Positions 1 to 12,708 of a DNA stretch of 64,000 bases are shown here, piece by piece (the first letter of the stretch is position 1; every line of letters begins with the position of its first letter). The stretch comes from Ranitomeya imitator (lineage: Eukaryota), in contig NC_091282.1 of assembly GCF_032444005.1 (NCBI RefSeq), positions 266,228,001 through 266,292,000 on the forward strand, written 5' to 3'. The position numbers were made by a program, and so were the translations under genes. The notes under the pieces are model-generated. The model worked only from the letters and a program-made list of their open reading frames with translations. It was not told where the DNA came from and made no database searches.

Positions 1-210
1 TTATTAACACCAACTCCAGATAAAATTCATGGCCAGGGGAGAGGGAGCCGAAGCTCGTGTGAGCAGAGGGGGACGACGGCCATTTCGCGCTGTGCCTGCG
101 CTTCTACGGGCGCAGGCACAGTGCGAAACGGCCGTCGTCCCCCTCTGCTCACACGAGCTTCGGCTCCCTCTCCCCCGGCCATGAATTTTATCTGGAGTTG
201 GTGTTAATAA
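1..210. repeat. Near-perfect 210-bp palindrome (arms 1-101 / 110-210; may extend beyond the window start)
   Basis: Position i pairs with 211-i, e.g. 1-10 TTATTAACAC vs 201-210 GTGTTAATAA, 61-80 vs 131-150, 91-100 vs 111-120; about 3 mismatches; 8-nt loop TTCTACGG. Confidence 0.9.
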
Positions 211-392
211 AGGAATCTTTTGGAAGACTGGTGGGTGCCTTCATTTTCTCCTGCTATTAATATGAGCACTTGGCACTTTATAAATCAATTTCATTTGATG
301 GTACACACTATTGATTTTTTATGTATATGCACCCCTATTCTTAAATTGATGTTTAATTTATTATCATGAGATATTTTTCATGCAGCACTATG

Positions 393-415
393 TATATATA
401 TATATATATATATAT
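393..415. repeat. (TA)n microsatellite
   Basis: Direct reading. Confidence 0.9.
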
Positions 416-868
416 GAATTTTGCATGATCTGTATTATATGTAATATATTAAATATGTATTATTTTTATCTGGGGTTTATATTCACATATTTAATAATTC
501 TTTTATGCCTACAATCAGCCACTATTTGATATAAAAGAAAAAGAAAATATATATTTTTACATTTTTTTTGTGTCATATTACCAATTGCCGTGATATACCC
601 TGCCCCCTGCATACACGGTAATTAAATTATTTAGTTTCTTTTATATTTTTGATTTTAATCTATTTTAATAATCTTGTTTTTATTGTGGTATTTTGTGTCA
701 TTTTGCCTTATGTATTAATAATATAATATAATCTATTCATCATATGTTTGATGAATTTTTTGGGGGGATCATGTTTATGATTTATATTCATTAATTTAAT
801 ATTTATTGGTTATTTTTTGGTATTTCTTTTCTATAAAGGATTTAGTTTTTTCTGTGGGCCAGGTGTCA

Positions 869-1049
869 GCGGTGAGCAGAGCGGAGTGCATTGCTTTTCT
901 GGAAGTTTTTTTTTCTGAAGTTGTAGGCCACCAGAGGTGACACATGCGCAGATTGGGATCTTGGTCCAGCTGAGATCTCAGTCTGCATGAGTCGCATCTT
1001 CCTGACGCCGACAGCCAGGGAAGCAATGCACTCCGCTCTACCTCACCGC
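869..1049. mobile_element. MITE-like inverted-repeat element
   Basis: Arms 869-896 (GCGGTGAGCAGAGCGGAGTGCATTGCTT) and 1021-1049 (AAGCAATGCACTCCGCTCTACCTCACCGC); inner IR CATGCGCAGATTGGGATC / GATCTCAGTCTGCATG. Confidence 0.55.
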
Positions 1050-1974
1050 CAACAATTTCTTTCTCCATCTCCATCGGAACACAGAGCACTGACACTCGGC
1101 TCCCGCTCGCAGCAGAGCAGGCGCCCAGTGTCATTAGCATATCGCATCGGATGTTATACGCTAGTGTAGCTCCAACCTTAGAGACAGTATAGGACTGTCC
1201 CAATTTGGGTACACCTTGTTTTGATGAGATGGATTTTACGCTTTTTATTTATCAAAAACAGTACAATATATTATTTGTATGCACTGTTAAGTTTTGCTTA
1301 CAACTGGGTATTTTCTTATTTTGTTTCTATCTTAAGTTTTGTCTGTTTAATGGCCAGTATGAACATGCTCCTATACGGTGCGTGAATACCAGCTTATACT
1401 GCAGCTAATTTTTTTCAGTATCTAGTAGTAAAGCAAATAGTGGTAGTAAACTTACTTCTGTTATTGCATGTGTGCAGTACACTTGGTTCTGTTACTGTCT
1501 CTTTAGGCTAAAGGTGTTTTTGGGGTTCTATAGACAAATTTCTGTAGTCTCTCTGTCACTGCCGATTGCTGAATTGTGATAGCGTGCTATGCACTCACTG
1601 TCAAGATTCCCCTCAATTCTCAGCATAGTTAACATAAGTGTACCATCTGCATAGTTGCGGTCATGTGCTGAGAAGAGCTTCAGCTGCTTCTCAGTAGAAA
1701 ATCGAGAGAAGCAGATAAAAATCTAGTTGGCATTTGACCGCAAGTGTTAAAATCACATATCTGGGATCATTAGACTCTTGCTCGGAATAGAGGGGAGTAG
1801 AGGGGGGCAATACACCATATTAAGAAATGGGGTATGTAAACTCTTGATCAGGGTCATTTGGATGTTTTGGGTTGTCATTATGATTTAAAAAGAGAAAACA
1901 CAGTAGTTTGACAATAAATATCTTCACCTAACCACTAACCATGAGTGGAGAAAAAGGTTTTGGTGTTATCATTC

Positions 1975-4923
1975 GGTGGCTTACAATTCTCCCATTCCTC
2001 GAGACCCACAAACAGACCTGGTGGTAGAGTCGGCATACTCCTCTCCCCACAATGCACTTTCCAGGTCATCTCCCCAGTTCCATCGCTCTCATTCCCTTCT
2101 TTTGAAGTCCACAACATCAGGCTCCTCCGTCCCCTCTCCCTCAGAGTAGCGGTCATATACCGGCCCCAGGCTCACCCACCCACTTCCTGGAACATTTCTC
2201 TGCCTGGCTGCCGCACTTCATGTCCTCAGAGCTACCAACCATTATCCTGGGAGACTTCAACATCCCAATTAACAGCCCCACTTCCACATCTGCATCCCAG
2301 CTTCTATCACTAACCACTTCTCTAAGCCTCTCACAGCTCTCAACCTCTGAAACACACAAAGACGGTAACACCCTGGACCTGGTTTTCACCCGGCTCTGCT
2401 CAATCTCCTACCTAGATAACTCACAGCTTCCCCTCTCTGACCACAACATTCTCTCCTTCACACTCACAAATGCTCGCTCACCCCAGCACCCTCCCACCTA
2501 CCATTTAGTCAGAAATCTACATGCCATTAACCCTCATACACTTTCAGACTCCCTACACTCATCATCGTCCCCAATCTCTTTTTCCTGTCCTGATCTGGCT
2601 GTACATCACTTCAATGACACTCTTAGAAGCACCCTTGACCAAGTAGCTCCCCTCACCCTCTGAACCTCCAAACACAGAGTGAAACAACCCTGGCTCACAT
2701 CGCAAACCCGATTTCTCCAGCGATGCTCTAGGTGTGCTGAACACTTATAGAGGAGAACACGCACACCAGAAGACTTCATACACTTCAAATTTATGTTAAG
2801 GACCTATAATTCTGCCCTTCACCTCGCCAAACAGACCTACTTCACCACCCTGATCTCCTCACTGTCCAACAACCCCAAGAAACTTTTTGACACCTTTCAC
2901 TCCCTCCTCAGGCCAAAAGCACAAGCCCCTATCACAGACATTTGTGCTGATGACCTGGCCTCCCACTTTATAGAGAAAATAGACAATATCCGTCAGGAAA
3001 TCCACTCCCAATCACCAAGTTCAGTGACTCCCATCCCTCCCTGCATTTCCCCTGGCTCACTCTCCACATTCGATCCCATCACAGAAGAAGAAGTCTCCAG
3101 GCTCCTCTCCTCTTCTCGTCTGACTACATGCACCACTGACCGCATTCCCTCACATCTCCTCCAGTCTCTCTCTCCAGTCGTCACAACTCACCTAACTACA
3201 ATCTTTAATCTCTCCCTCTCCTCTGGCATTTTCCCCTCCTCCTTCAAACACTCTATCATTACTCCATTACTAAAGAAACCCACCCTTGACCCATCCTGCG
3301 CAAATAACTACAGACCAATCTCCAATCTCCCCTTCATCTCTAAACTCTTGGAGCGCCTGATATGCTCCCGCCTTACCCGTTACCTCTCCACTCACTCCCT
3401 CCTAGACCCTTCACAGTCAGGTTTCCGCCCCCTACATTCGACAGAAACGGCACTCATCAAAGTGACCAATGACCTTCTGACAGCAAAACATAACGGTGAC
3501 CACTCTCTGCTCATTCTCCTCAACCTTTCTGCAGCTTTCAACACTGTTGACCACCCTCTCCTACTCTCTAAGCTCCAGTCACTTGGCATTAAGGACACTG
3601 CTCTCTCCTGGTTCTCCTCCTATCTTTCTGACCGCTCCTTCAGTGTTCTGTTCTCTGGCTCCACTTCATCTTCTCTTCCTCTCACTGTTGGGGTACCTCA
3701 GGGCTCAGTCCTTGGCCCCCTTCTCTTCTCTCTCTACACGGCCCCAATTGGACAGACCATCAGCAGATTTGGCTTTCAGTACCATCTTTATGCCGATGAC
3801 ACACAACTATACATAGCCTCCCCTGATCTTACCCCCGCTGTACTACAGAACGCCACTGACTGTCTGTCTGCATTCTCCAACATCATGTCTAATCTCTATG
3901 TGAAACTCAACCTCTCCAAAACTGAAGTTCTTCTGCTCTTGCCATCTACTAACCTCCCTAAATCTGACATTTCCCTCTCTGTGGGTGGCACCATAATAAC
4001 ATCCCGGCAGCAGGCACGCTGTCTGGGTGTTATGTTTGACTCCGTTCTCTCCTTCACCTCCCATATACAATCTCTTGCCTGCTCCTGCCACTTACACCTA
4101 AAGAACATCTCTAGAATCCACCCTTTTCTCACCATGGAAACAACAAAAACCCTCACTGTCACCCTGATCCACTCCCGCCTGGACTACTGTAATGCTCTAC
4201 TAATTGGCCTCCCCCTTACTCGACTTTCCCCTCTCCAGTCTATCCTTAATGCAGCAGCCAGGGTCGTCCATCTGGCTAGTCATTACTCGGACACATCCAC
4301 TCTTCGCCAGTCATTACACTGGCTGCCCATTCATTACGGGATACAATTCAAAGTACTTGTTCTCACCCACAAAGCTCTCCACAGTGCGGCACCCCCATAC
4401 ATCTCCTCCCTCATTTCGGTCTATCGGCCTAGCCGACCGCTGCGCTCTGCAAATGACTTTTGACTAACCTCTGCACTAATCCGTACCTCCCACTCCCGAC
4501 TCCAAGACTTCTCCCGCGCTGCGCCAGTCCTCTGGAATGCTCTACCCCAAGATATTAGGACCATCCACAATTTGCATAGTTTTAGGCTCTCGCTCAAAAC
4601 ACATTTGTTCAGAGCGGCCTATCACATTCAGTAATCAAAATCATGTGTGTGTGTGTAGCCCATTCACTATCTCCATCTATCCCCAACCCCCTGAAGATGG
4701 CTGGACCATCATTGTAAATACATCATTGTAAATACACACCTGTACTTTGTATCTCCCCCACCTCAATGTAGATTGTAAGCTCTCACGAGCAGGGTCATCT
4801 TATTTCGCTTTAATTATTGTATTGTTAACGTTGTTACTTATGACTGTTGTGTTTGAAACTGTGAAACTGTAAAGCACTGCGGAATATGTTGGCGCTATAT
4901 AAAGAATAATATTATTATTATTA
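1975..4923 (+). mobile_element. 5'-truncated L2 (CR1/L2 group) LINE
   Basis: APE C-half motifs (LGDFN, TLDLVF, SDH), RT motifs ([14 protein letters not shown]), L2-type 3' end TGTAAAGCACTGCGGAATATGTTGGCGCTATATAA, (ATT)n tail, 9-bp TSD TTATCATTC at 1966-1974 and 4924-4932. Confidence 0.93.
2220..4463 (+). pseudogene. L2 ORF2 (endonuclease-reverse transcriptase), disabled
   Basis: ORFs 2220-2663 and 2793-4463 share a frame separated by in-frame stops; frameshift relative to 1945-2313; premature TGA at 4461-4463 before the natural C-terminus. Confidence 0.88.
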
Positions 4924-6295
4924 TTATCATTCATATTCTCTGAAAAAAGGCCAAGAAAGCATAAATTCTGCCGGGGCATGTAACCTATTGATCACAACTG
5001 TATCTTGTTAATTTAAAATGTTTTTCAATACATTCAAACATTCATTGGGAGTCGGACCCTTTATTTTTTCTTCGTTGGTTTCCTTTCAAGCAGTCCTTTG
5101 GAGTCCATGCTTTTACACGCCTTACACAGGGTGAACTGGTTTTCCTTTCCCTTTCTATTTAGTTATTTGTATTGTTGCTAACTTTTCTGTAAATATCAGA
5201 AAATTGGCAAAACTAAATATTGTGGATCTTTATATTTGCAAAAATAATAATGTTTCAAAGTACTGAAACTTTTATGAATTACCTATATGTAGCAGTAAAA
5301 AGATTACTCTTTGGTATCATGGAAACAAGAGTCAACTAAAAATTTTCATTGTCAGATTTGAATAATTAAGAAATGTCTAATTTCATAACTGAACCTGACA
5401 ACTTTTGAAGATACGTAGAACAGTGAGTGGTGGTTCCTATAAACACTGTGCGAGTGTACTTAGAAGAAAAGATGCTGTGATGCAACTTTGAAGACAAAGG
5501 TTGAATCCATCAAATATTCATTTGATTTAGATTTCTCATTTGTTAATTCACTTTGCATTGTGTTAATTGATAAAAGTAAACTGTTATCATTCCTAATTTG
5601 GAAAGCATTCTTACCTTGCCGCATTTTTCTACACATGCCTACAACTTTTACAGAGTACTATATATATTATATATCAAATTAAATGCTGTGAAATAGACAA
5701 TGCTCTTATAATATATGCGCCTGCAGTGCCATTAATAAGTCTGTGTCAGTTGAACACATCCTAAGCCCTGTATATCTTACTACAACTTTGCTTTTTCTGA
5801 TTAATTTCTCAACCCAGAAATATCTTGGAAACATTGCTCAAATTTTGTTGTTCAAATCCAAGACCACATCCCATAAAGGACATTATTTATTCTGTGTTGA
5901 GAAATTGCTGACATATCTGTCAACAATGATACAGCTCATCCATCACGAGTGTAATTTAATAAAATGATGCCTTTTCTTTAACTTTGTGACATGGCATTCG
6001 CTCTTCCTGGACAATGCTCATTACACCTACCTTGTTCTAGCCAGACCTCAATATTTTTGCACTGCCACATTATGAAACTCAGCCAAATAAATAGAAGATC
6101 TATCTCATCCATCACAGCTTTAATTCAATGCCTTACAGGGAACAGAATTCAGCATGCACATCGGTTCTAACAAGCCCTTGTAAACTTCAGTGAGGAAAGG
6201 GTATGACTCTACCAGGATCTGAAAATAGAATCTGTCAACCTCTCCCTATGTCATCCCTTAGCCTTTGCCATCCCCTAAGCTTTACTGAACACTGT

Positions 6296-6754
6296 CTCTT
6301 TTTACTGAAATCTCTGGAAGTCGGCCTTTTAACCCCTTCATGTATTTTACCCAAATGTCTATGGAAAGAATCAGTTTCCAGTGACAAATTGTATCAATTG
6401 TCCTAATTCTGCCATTCTAATCATCCTTTGCTTTGGTACAGAAACACCAAGTCTTGAAGGGAAGCTAACATCAGGAAATGACTCAATGTTAAAAAAAAAA
6501 AAATTGGATACTGTTTTAAATATATTTGTATACTTTTTCAATTTTGGAAATGTTTATATTTTTTATATCACAACTAAAAAAATAGAAATCTTGCTTTCCT
6601 TCAAGACTTGGTGTTTCTGTACCAACACGAAGGATGAGTAGAATGGTCGAATTAGGACAATTGATACAATTTGTCAGCGAAAAATGCCTTACCATAGACA
6701 AAGATATGAAGGGGTTATAAGGCCGACTTACAGAGATTTCAGTAAAAATAGAAA
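6296..6754. mobile_element. Decayed MITE-like long inverted repeat
   Basis: Left arm ~6296-6466 and right arm ~6588-6754 are reverse complements (TTGGTACAGAAACACCAAGTCTTGAAGG / CCTTCAAGACTTGGTGTTTCTGTACCAA; GACAAATTGTATCAATTGTCCTAATTC / GAATTAGGACAATTGATACAATTTGTC). Confidence 0.6.
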
Positions 6755-7825
6755 TCTGGCGGTTTTCATTCTTGCTACTACTGTGTTTTAAGACACTAAC
6801 TTGTTTCTAATGAGCCTTTGCAATGGCGATTGTGAAGGAAGAGGGAGCAGGGTGAGCTGTGACATCGCCTATTGTGATTGGTAGATCCTTTATCAGCTGT
6901 GTGTAGAGGATTTACCTGTCCTTGTAATCCTGCCTGTGATGATAAGGAAACCTCTGTAAACCCTTCCTGAAATTATAGAAAGTATGAGTCGAAATAGAGC
7001 CTGAGACCAGTGTGAAATTACTTGATCACCAATTTTTTTAACTTAAAATTATGATATGAAAATATGCAATTTTTTTCTATAATACTTAAAATACAAAAGC
7101 TATTTAAGCAATAGATCATTTTCTGATGATAGCTTCCCTTTAATGACTCTGTCTTCTTTCCTAATCTGCTAATAGCTGGCATTCCATAAGCTATCTAAAA
7201 CATTTCATTTATCTGCTTTTTCTTCGGCATGCAGAGAAGTAGCGGCATGTTCCAGCACCTGTTAGTAATTAAAATAATACGGAGAACATCAGTATGAAGA
7301 GTCAGATTAATTATGGGAGAGAAATCAGCATGGAAAACCTTGGGGGGCCAAAACACACGTGTAAAAATAAATTATAACCTTTATTATGATGCATTGTATC
7401 TCAGTGAGTCAGGAAACCAAAAAAAAACAAAACTATTCTTCCACTGTAAAGCTGCTCACGGGGAATAAGTGATGAAAGTTTTACTTGTCTCTTTATGTAG
7501 GGATACAGATATTATTATTGAAATAAAAGTGATATGAGCACAGATTAAGCTATGCTTATCCTAAATTGATGTATCGTGCTACATCTCATAGTTATCTCCG
7601 GGGTCATTTTCTTTTGGAATTGATTTCATTAAGATGTGCTTTCTGAATGCTGCATTTATAACACAAAGAATTAAAGGTTTTGCAATGGCTTTTATTATCA
7701 TGGCACAGGATATAAAATTCTAAATTTAGTGTCTAGTACTTCCTTGGCCATTTTTCATATTACAGCCCAGCACAGATATTATTTATTCCTGAAATTTCCC
7801 CTCCAGAATCATTTTACTGACTTAC

Positions 7826-7831
7826 TGGCCT
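7826..7831 (-). other. Candidate 6-nt microexon AGGCCA
   Basis: Minus strand: ttacttttctttcttctttgtgttttag|AGGCCA|gtaagt; strong pyrimidine tract and consensus donor. Confidence 0.3.
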
Positions 7832-8206
7832 CTAAAACACAAAGAAGAAAGAAAAGTAATTGTATTACTATTATATTTTTTTAGGACTGTAATCTGTGGT
7901 TCCATGAACTGCGTAAAATAATATACATACTATGCTAGGTAAGGAAATAAGAATAGGATTTTGCACGACAATAAGAGAATGTGATTGCATGAACATGAAC
8001 TTAAGATAGACGTGGAAAGTCTGAGTTTTAAAAGGGCCGGGATGAGATTTTTCTATATTAGAAGAGCAGATATGTGCTAAATGCTGAACATGAGTAAATC
8101 TTTTGAATCTCAAATTTGGCAGATTTGGCAAATTTCCCCAGAACATCTGCTTAGCTGTGAATCAAAAGTACCCAAATGTCTTCAATTGCCCAGAAAAAAT
8201 GTGTAA

Positions 8207-8524
8207 GGCTACGTTCACATTAGCGTTTTGCGGGGCTGCGTCGGGCGCAGCTGCGGCGACGCATGCGCCATGCGCCCCTATATTTAATATGGGGGGCACA
8301 CGGACATGCGTTGTTTTGCGTTTTGTGACGCATGCGTTTTTTGGCGCAACAGAAAACGCTGCATGATGCAGTTTTTTCTGCGCCAAAAATCATGAAAAAA
8401 TGAACGCATGCAAAAATGCATGCAAAACACAGCTTTTTGTGACGCATGCGTTCATTTTTTCATGATTTTTGGCGCAGAAAAAACTGCCGACGCAGCACCG
8501 CAAAACGCTAATGTGAACGTAGCC
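8207..8524. mobile_element. PIF/Harbinger-type MITE
   Basis: TIRs GGCTACGTTCACATTAGCGTTTTGCGG / CCGCAAAACGCTAATGTGAACGTAGCC, TAA/TTA flanks, nested internal palindrome ~8368-8487. Confidence 0.8.
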
Positions 8525-8647
8525 TTAGACACTATTCTATTTTTTCTCACACACTAATCTTTTCCACTGCTGTGTGGCCACACATTATCTGTACAGTTTC
8601 TTCAATATTTTATGGTTCTCTTTCCCTATCTGGCTAAGCTATGAGGT

Positions 8648-8724
8648 GCAGCAGCCTATTTGTGGTGAATTTGGACAGTGAGAAGATGTCTCACTGTCCA
8701 GATTCACCACAAAAAGGCTGCTGC
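8648..8724. repeat. 77-nt hairpin (36-bp stem, 5-nt loop)
   Basis: 8648-8683 is the reverse complement of 8689-8724 with 2 mismatches. Confidence 0.85.
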
Positions 8725-11125
8725 CTTCCTTGCTTCTGCTTTTAAACAGGCTATGATCCTTCCTGATTTGTTATGCTATACTATGTGATGGGATAACTGC
8801 AAGGCATTATGGGAAAGCCCATCCCAGATCATGTGATCCTTCTTTAGCTGATGCAATCTTCTGCGTAAAATGTTGGCGGCTATTTTAGTCAATTTTTGCA
8901 AAGCGAATTGCAAATTGTTACTATATATTCTACACATATTTGAACATGAAGTTTCTTTAAGATAATAACAGTATTATCAAGGCTTCACACAGATGATGAA
9001 TCTGTTGTTTGCTGCTCTCAAGGTTGAATGCAATACCGTGTTCATATAATGCGCTGGTGTTGATCTCCCGCTGTGTCTGTGTACCTTTCTTTCTTTTTCC
9101 TACCAGCCTACCTTGGCAAGCACAGAAATCCTGTGAAACAAGATGCTCTGTGAACATTCTTATTGTGCAGAACAGTACATAATGGTATGCTAGGATTTAG
9201 ATGTCTTGTTCAGCCACGCGTTAAAGACAAATAAAATATGTACAAATTGCATTAGTAAGAATGTCTGTTTTACCAAAATAAAAAAGTTTAAAAACTTAAA
9301 ATGGAACTTTACTTTCACCAACCTTTGCATACATTATTAGTACAGTTGACTATAAGAATCTGGACATTTCTTCTATGAAAATCAGCTCAGGTGTCAGGTG
9401 ACTCTTCCCATAATATTCCATCTAGAGGGAAGGACGAGTGAGGAGCAGGAAGGGGAAACAAGCAGAGGGAAACCAAAACATTGTGCAGAGCTCTCAAACA
9501 AGTGTTTTACCGCACATCTGATCAGAATTAGATCAATACACTCAGCTCTGCTGTGTAATTTTCTCCAATCTCCCACAGCTTGTCTCTGAATGAAGAGCAG
9601 GAATCCCTCTCTGTGCACTGTGCTTTATATGGGAGGGTTCACACAGCTCATCTCCTCCTCCTAGTTTTCAGTGGATTGCAAATTAGAGATAAAGCATTTA
9701 AAGTGGAACACTGGTGAGAATGCAGTCAGTCATATAATGGCTGGAAATAATGTTATTCCTGATGTACACACACACAGCACTGCTTATTCTGAAAAGTTAC
9801 CTGAAAGTATGGCTAACCATTAAGTGTTATCTGCTTGCTGCATTTTTGTTCTTCTTTCTAGAAACCGCAGTTTGGCTTTATTTTCTAATGCGATACCAAG
9901 GTTTGAAATGTATCTACTATCTCAAAATTTACATTCTTTGGTGTTCCATCTTCTTTGGACTAAAATTCTACTTGTTCAGGGTGTTTACTGTGTAAAAGTG
10001 TAAGACGACTTAGAAATACACAAAGAAGTTAACAGAAGAACTGCTTTCCACTAAATAAAGACCTTCTCTGTACATTATTTAAAATTAGAAGCTGCACATT
10101 AGATGGCAGTGACACCAAAAATTTAATTTTGGTGTTTTATGAAAACATCAAACACAGAGTGTCACGATTTTTCCTTTTTTTGTTTTCACATGCAAGTTGA
10201 TTGGTAATTATGTCAATGTGATAAGCCAGCAAACATCTGTTGAGGACGATAATACCAGAGTTCTGCTCTTGCAATTTCTACATAACTTCAGTTGACTTGT
10301 TTCTATATGAATATTCCATTATTCTAAAGTAGAGGGTTACATCTACAGAAATAAGTCCTGATTTCCTCTCTACTCTAAGTCCCTGTAGGCATATGGCATG
10401 TTTTAAAGCCTGCAGAGTCTTTTTCATTTTGTGAAATTAATTAAAATGACTTGGATGTTTTCAGCTTTCGGACAGAGGCATTATTTCTTTTTACCTTCAA
10501 AACATCTTTTAGAGCTTTTTTATGGTATTTAAGGCTCATGCAGTGGTTAACCCCTTCATGATATTCCCCATACATGTACTGTGCATGTCGTGTATCCCCC
10601 TTTGATATGGGCTCCGGCACTGAGTCCACATCTTTCTCGGTACATGTCAGCTGTTTTGAACAGCTGACATTTACCCAGAACAACCGCGGATGCATTCGTG
10701 ATCCTCTGCGGCTGTTAACCTGTTAAATGCTGCTGTCAAGCTCTGACAGCGGCATTTAACACGCGCTTCTGGCAATCGCACGGGAAATCCGCCCATCGTG
10801 ACCCCTGTCATGTGATCACGGGTCACCGATGCATTGGTATGACATCCAGAGGTCTCCTTCAGACATCTATGATTGTCAGGACTGGATTGCTATGAGCGCT
10901 CCCCGGTGGTCGGCATTCATAGCAAGTCAGCAATTTTGCTACATACAGGCAATCTGATTATCACCTGTATGTACCATGTATCACCTGTATGTACCAGAAA
11001 CGATCAGGTTATGGCAGCTTCTAGTCTCCCATGGAAACTATTGAAGAATGCCAAAAGTAAAACGAAAAGTTTTTTAAAAAAATTAAAAAAAATATAAAAG
11101 TTCAAATCACCCCTCTTTCACCCAT

Positions 11126-12708
11126 ACACCCACGTGGGTGGCATACACCCACGAGTACTAAGAGAACTAAGTAATGTAATAGATAAACCATTATTTCTTA
11201 TTTTTAGGGACTCTATAGAGACAGGGTCTGTTCCGCAGGATTGGCGCATAGCAAATGTGGTGCCAATATTCAAAAAGGGCTCTAAAAGTGAACCTGGAAA
11301 TTATAGGCCAGTAAGTCTAACCTCTATTGTTGGTAAAATATTTGAAGGGTTTCTGAGGGATGTTATTCTGGATTATCTCAATGAGAATAACTGTTTAACT
11401 CCATATCAGCATGGGTTTATGAGAAATCGCTCCTGTCAAACCAATCTAATCAGTTTTTATGAAGAGGTAAGCTATAGACTGGACCACGGTGAGTCATTGG
11501 ACGTGGTATATCTCGATTTTTCCAAAGCGTTTGATACCGTGCCGCACAAGAGGTTGGTACACAAAATGAGAATGCTTGGTCTGGGGGAAAATGTGTGTAA
11601 ATGGGTTAGTAACTGGCTTAGTGATAGAAAGCAGAGGGTGGTTATAAATGGTATAGTCTCTAACTGGGTCGCTGTGACCAGTGGGGTACCGCAGGGGTCA
11701 GTATTGGGACCTGTTCTCTTCAACATATTCATTAATGATCTGGTAGAAGGTTTACACAGTAAAATATCGATATTTGCAGATGATACAAAACTATGTAAAG
11801 CAGTTAATACAAGAGAAGATAGTATTCTGCTACAGATGGATCTGGATAAGTTGGAAACTTGGGCTGAAAGGTGGCAGATGAGGTTTAACAATGATAAATG
11901 TAAGGTTATACACATGGGAAGAGGGAATCAATATCACCATTACACACTGAACGGGAAACCACTGGGTAAATCTGACAGGGAGAAGGACTTGGGGATCCTA
12001 GTTAATGATAAACTTACCTGGAGCAGCCAGTGCCAGGCAGCAGCTGCAAAGGCAAACAGGATCATGGGGTGCATTAAAAGAGGTCTGGATACACATGATG
12101 AGAGCATTATACTGCCTCTGTACAAATCCCTAGTTAGACCGCACATGGAGTACTGTGTCCAGTTTTGGGCACCGGTGATCAGGAAGGATATAATGGAACT
12201 AGAGAGAGTACAAAGGAGGGCAACAAAATTAATAAAGGGGATGGGAGAACTACAATACCCAGATAGATTAGCGAAATTAGGATTATTTAGTCTAGAAAAA
12301 AGACGACTGAGGGGCGATCTAATAACCATGTATAAGTATATAAGGGGACAATACAAATATCTCGCTGAGGATCTGTTTATACCAAGGAAGGTGACGGGCA
12401 CAAGGGGGCATTCTTTGCGTCTGGAGGAGAGAAGGTTTTTCCACCAACATAGAAGAGGATTCTTTACTGTTAGGGCAGTGAGAATCTGGAATTGCTTGCC
12501 TGAGGAGGTGGTGATGGCGAACTCAGTCGAGGGGTTCAAGAGAGGCCTGGATGTCTTCCTGGAGCAGAACAATATTGTATCATACAATTATTAGGTTCTG
12601 TAGAAGGACGTAGATCTGGGTATTTATTATGATGGAATATAGGCTGAACTGGATGGACAAATGTCTTTTTTCGGCCTTACTAACTATGTTACTATGTTAC
12701 TATGTTAC
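11126..12708 (+). mobile_element. 5'-truncated CR1 LINE
   Basis: RT ORF, 3' tail (TATGTTAC)x3 ending at 12708, 5-bp TSD CCCAT at 11121-11125 and 12709-12713. Confidence 0.92.
11134..12594 (+). CDS. CR1 ORF2 C-terminal part (reverse transcriptase), uninterrupted but lacking its N-terminus
   Basis: [42 protein letters not shown] motifs; open to the natural stop; no genuine start codon. Confidence 0.9.
   Translation: MGGIHPRVLRELSNVIDKPLFLIFRDSIETGSVPQDWRIANVVPIFKKGSKSEPGNYRPVSLTSIVGKIFEGFLRDVILDYLNENNCLTPYQHGFMRNRSCQTNLISFYEEVSYRLDHGESLDVVYLDFSKAFDTVPHKRLVHKMRMLGLGENVCKWVSNWLSDRKQRVVINGIVSNWVAVTSGVPQGSVLGPVLFNIFINDLVEGLHSKISIFADDTKLCKAVNTREDSILLQMDLDKLETWAERWQMRFNNDKCKVIHMGRGNQYHHYTLNGKPLGKSDREKDLGILVNDKLTWSSQCQAAAAKANRIMGCIKRGLDTHDESIILPLYKSLVRPHMEYCVQFWAPVIRKDIMELERVQRRATKLIKGMGELQYPDRLAKLGLFSLEKRRLRGDLITMYKYIRGQYKYLAEDLFIPRKVTGTRGHSLRLEERRFFHQHRRGFFTVRAVRIWNCLPEEVVMANSVEGFKRGLDVFLEQNNIVSYNY

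Larger units (their letters stand above)
1830..5000 (+). mobile_element. Tc1-like terminal (TIR) remnant, 1830-1974 + 4933-5000, split by an L2 insertion
   Basis: The two flanks join into a Tc1-type end finishing ...TGATCACAACTG followed by TA (5001-5002). Confidence 0.6.

Noticed and set aside
9102-9150. Strong plus-strand acceptor followed by short ORFs
   Set aside because: No supporting upstream plus-strand exon chain could be established.
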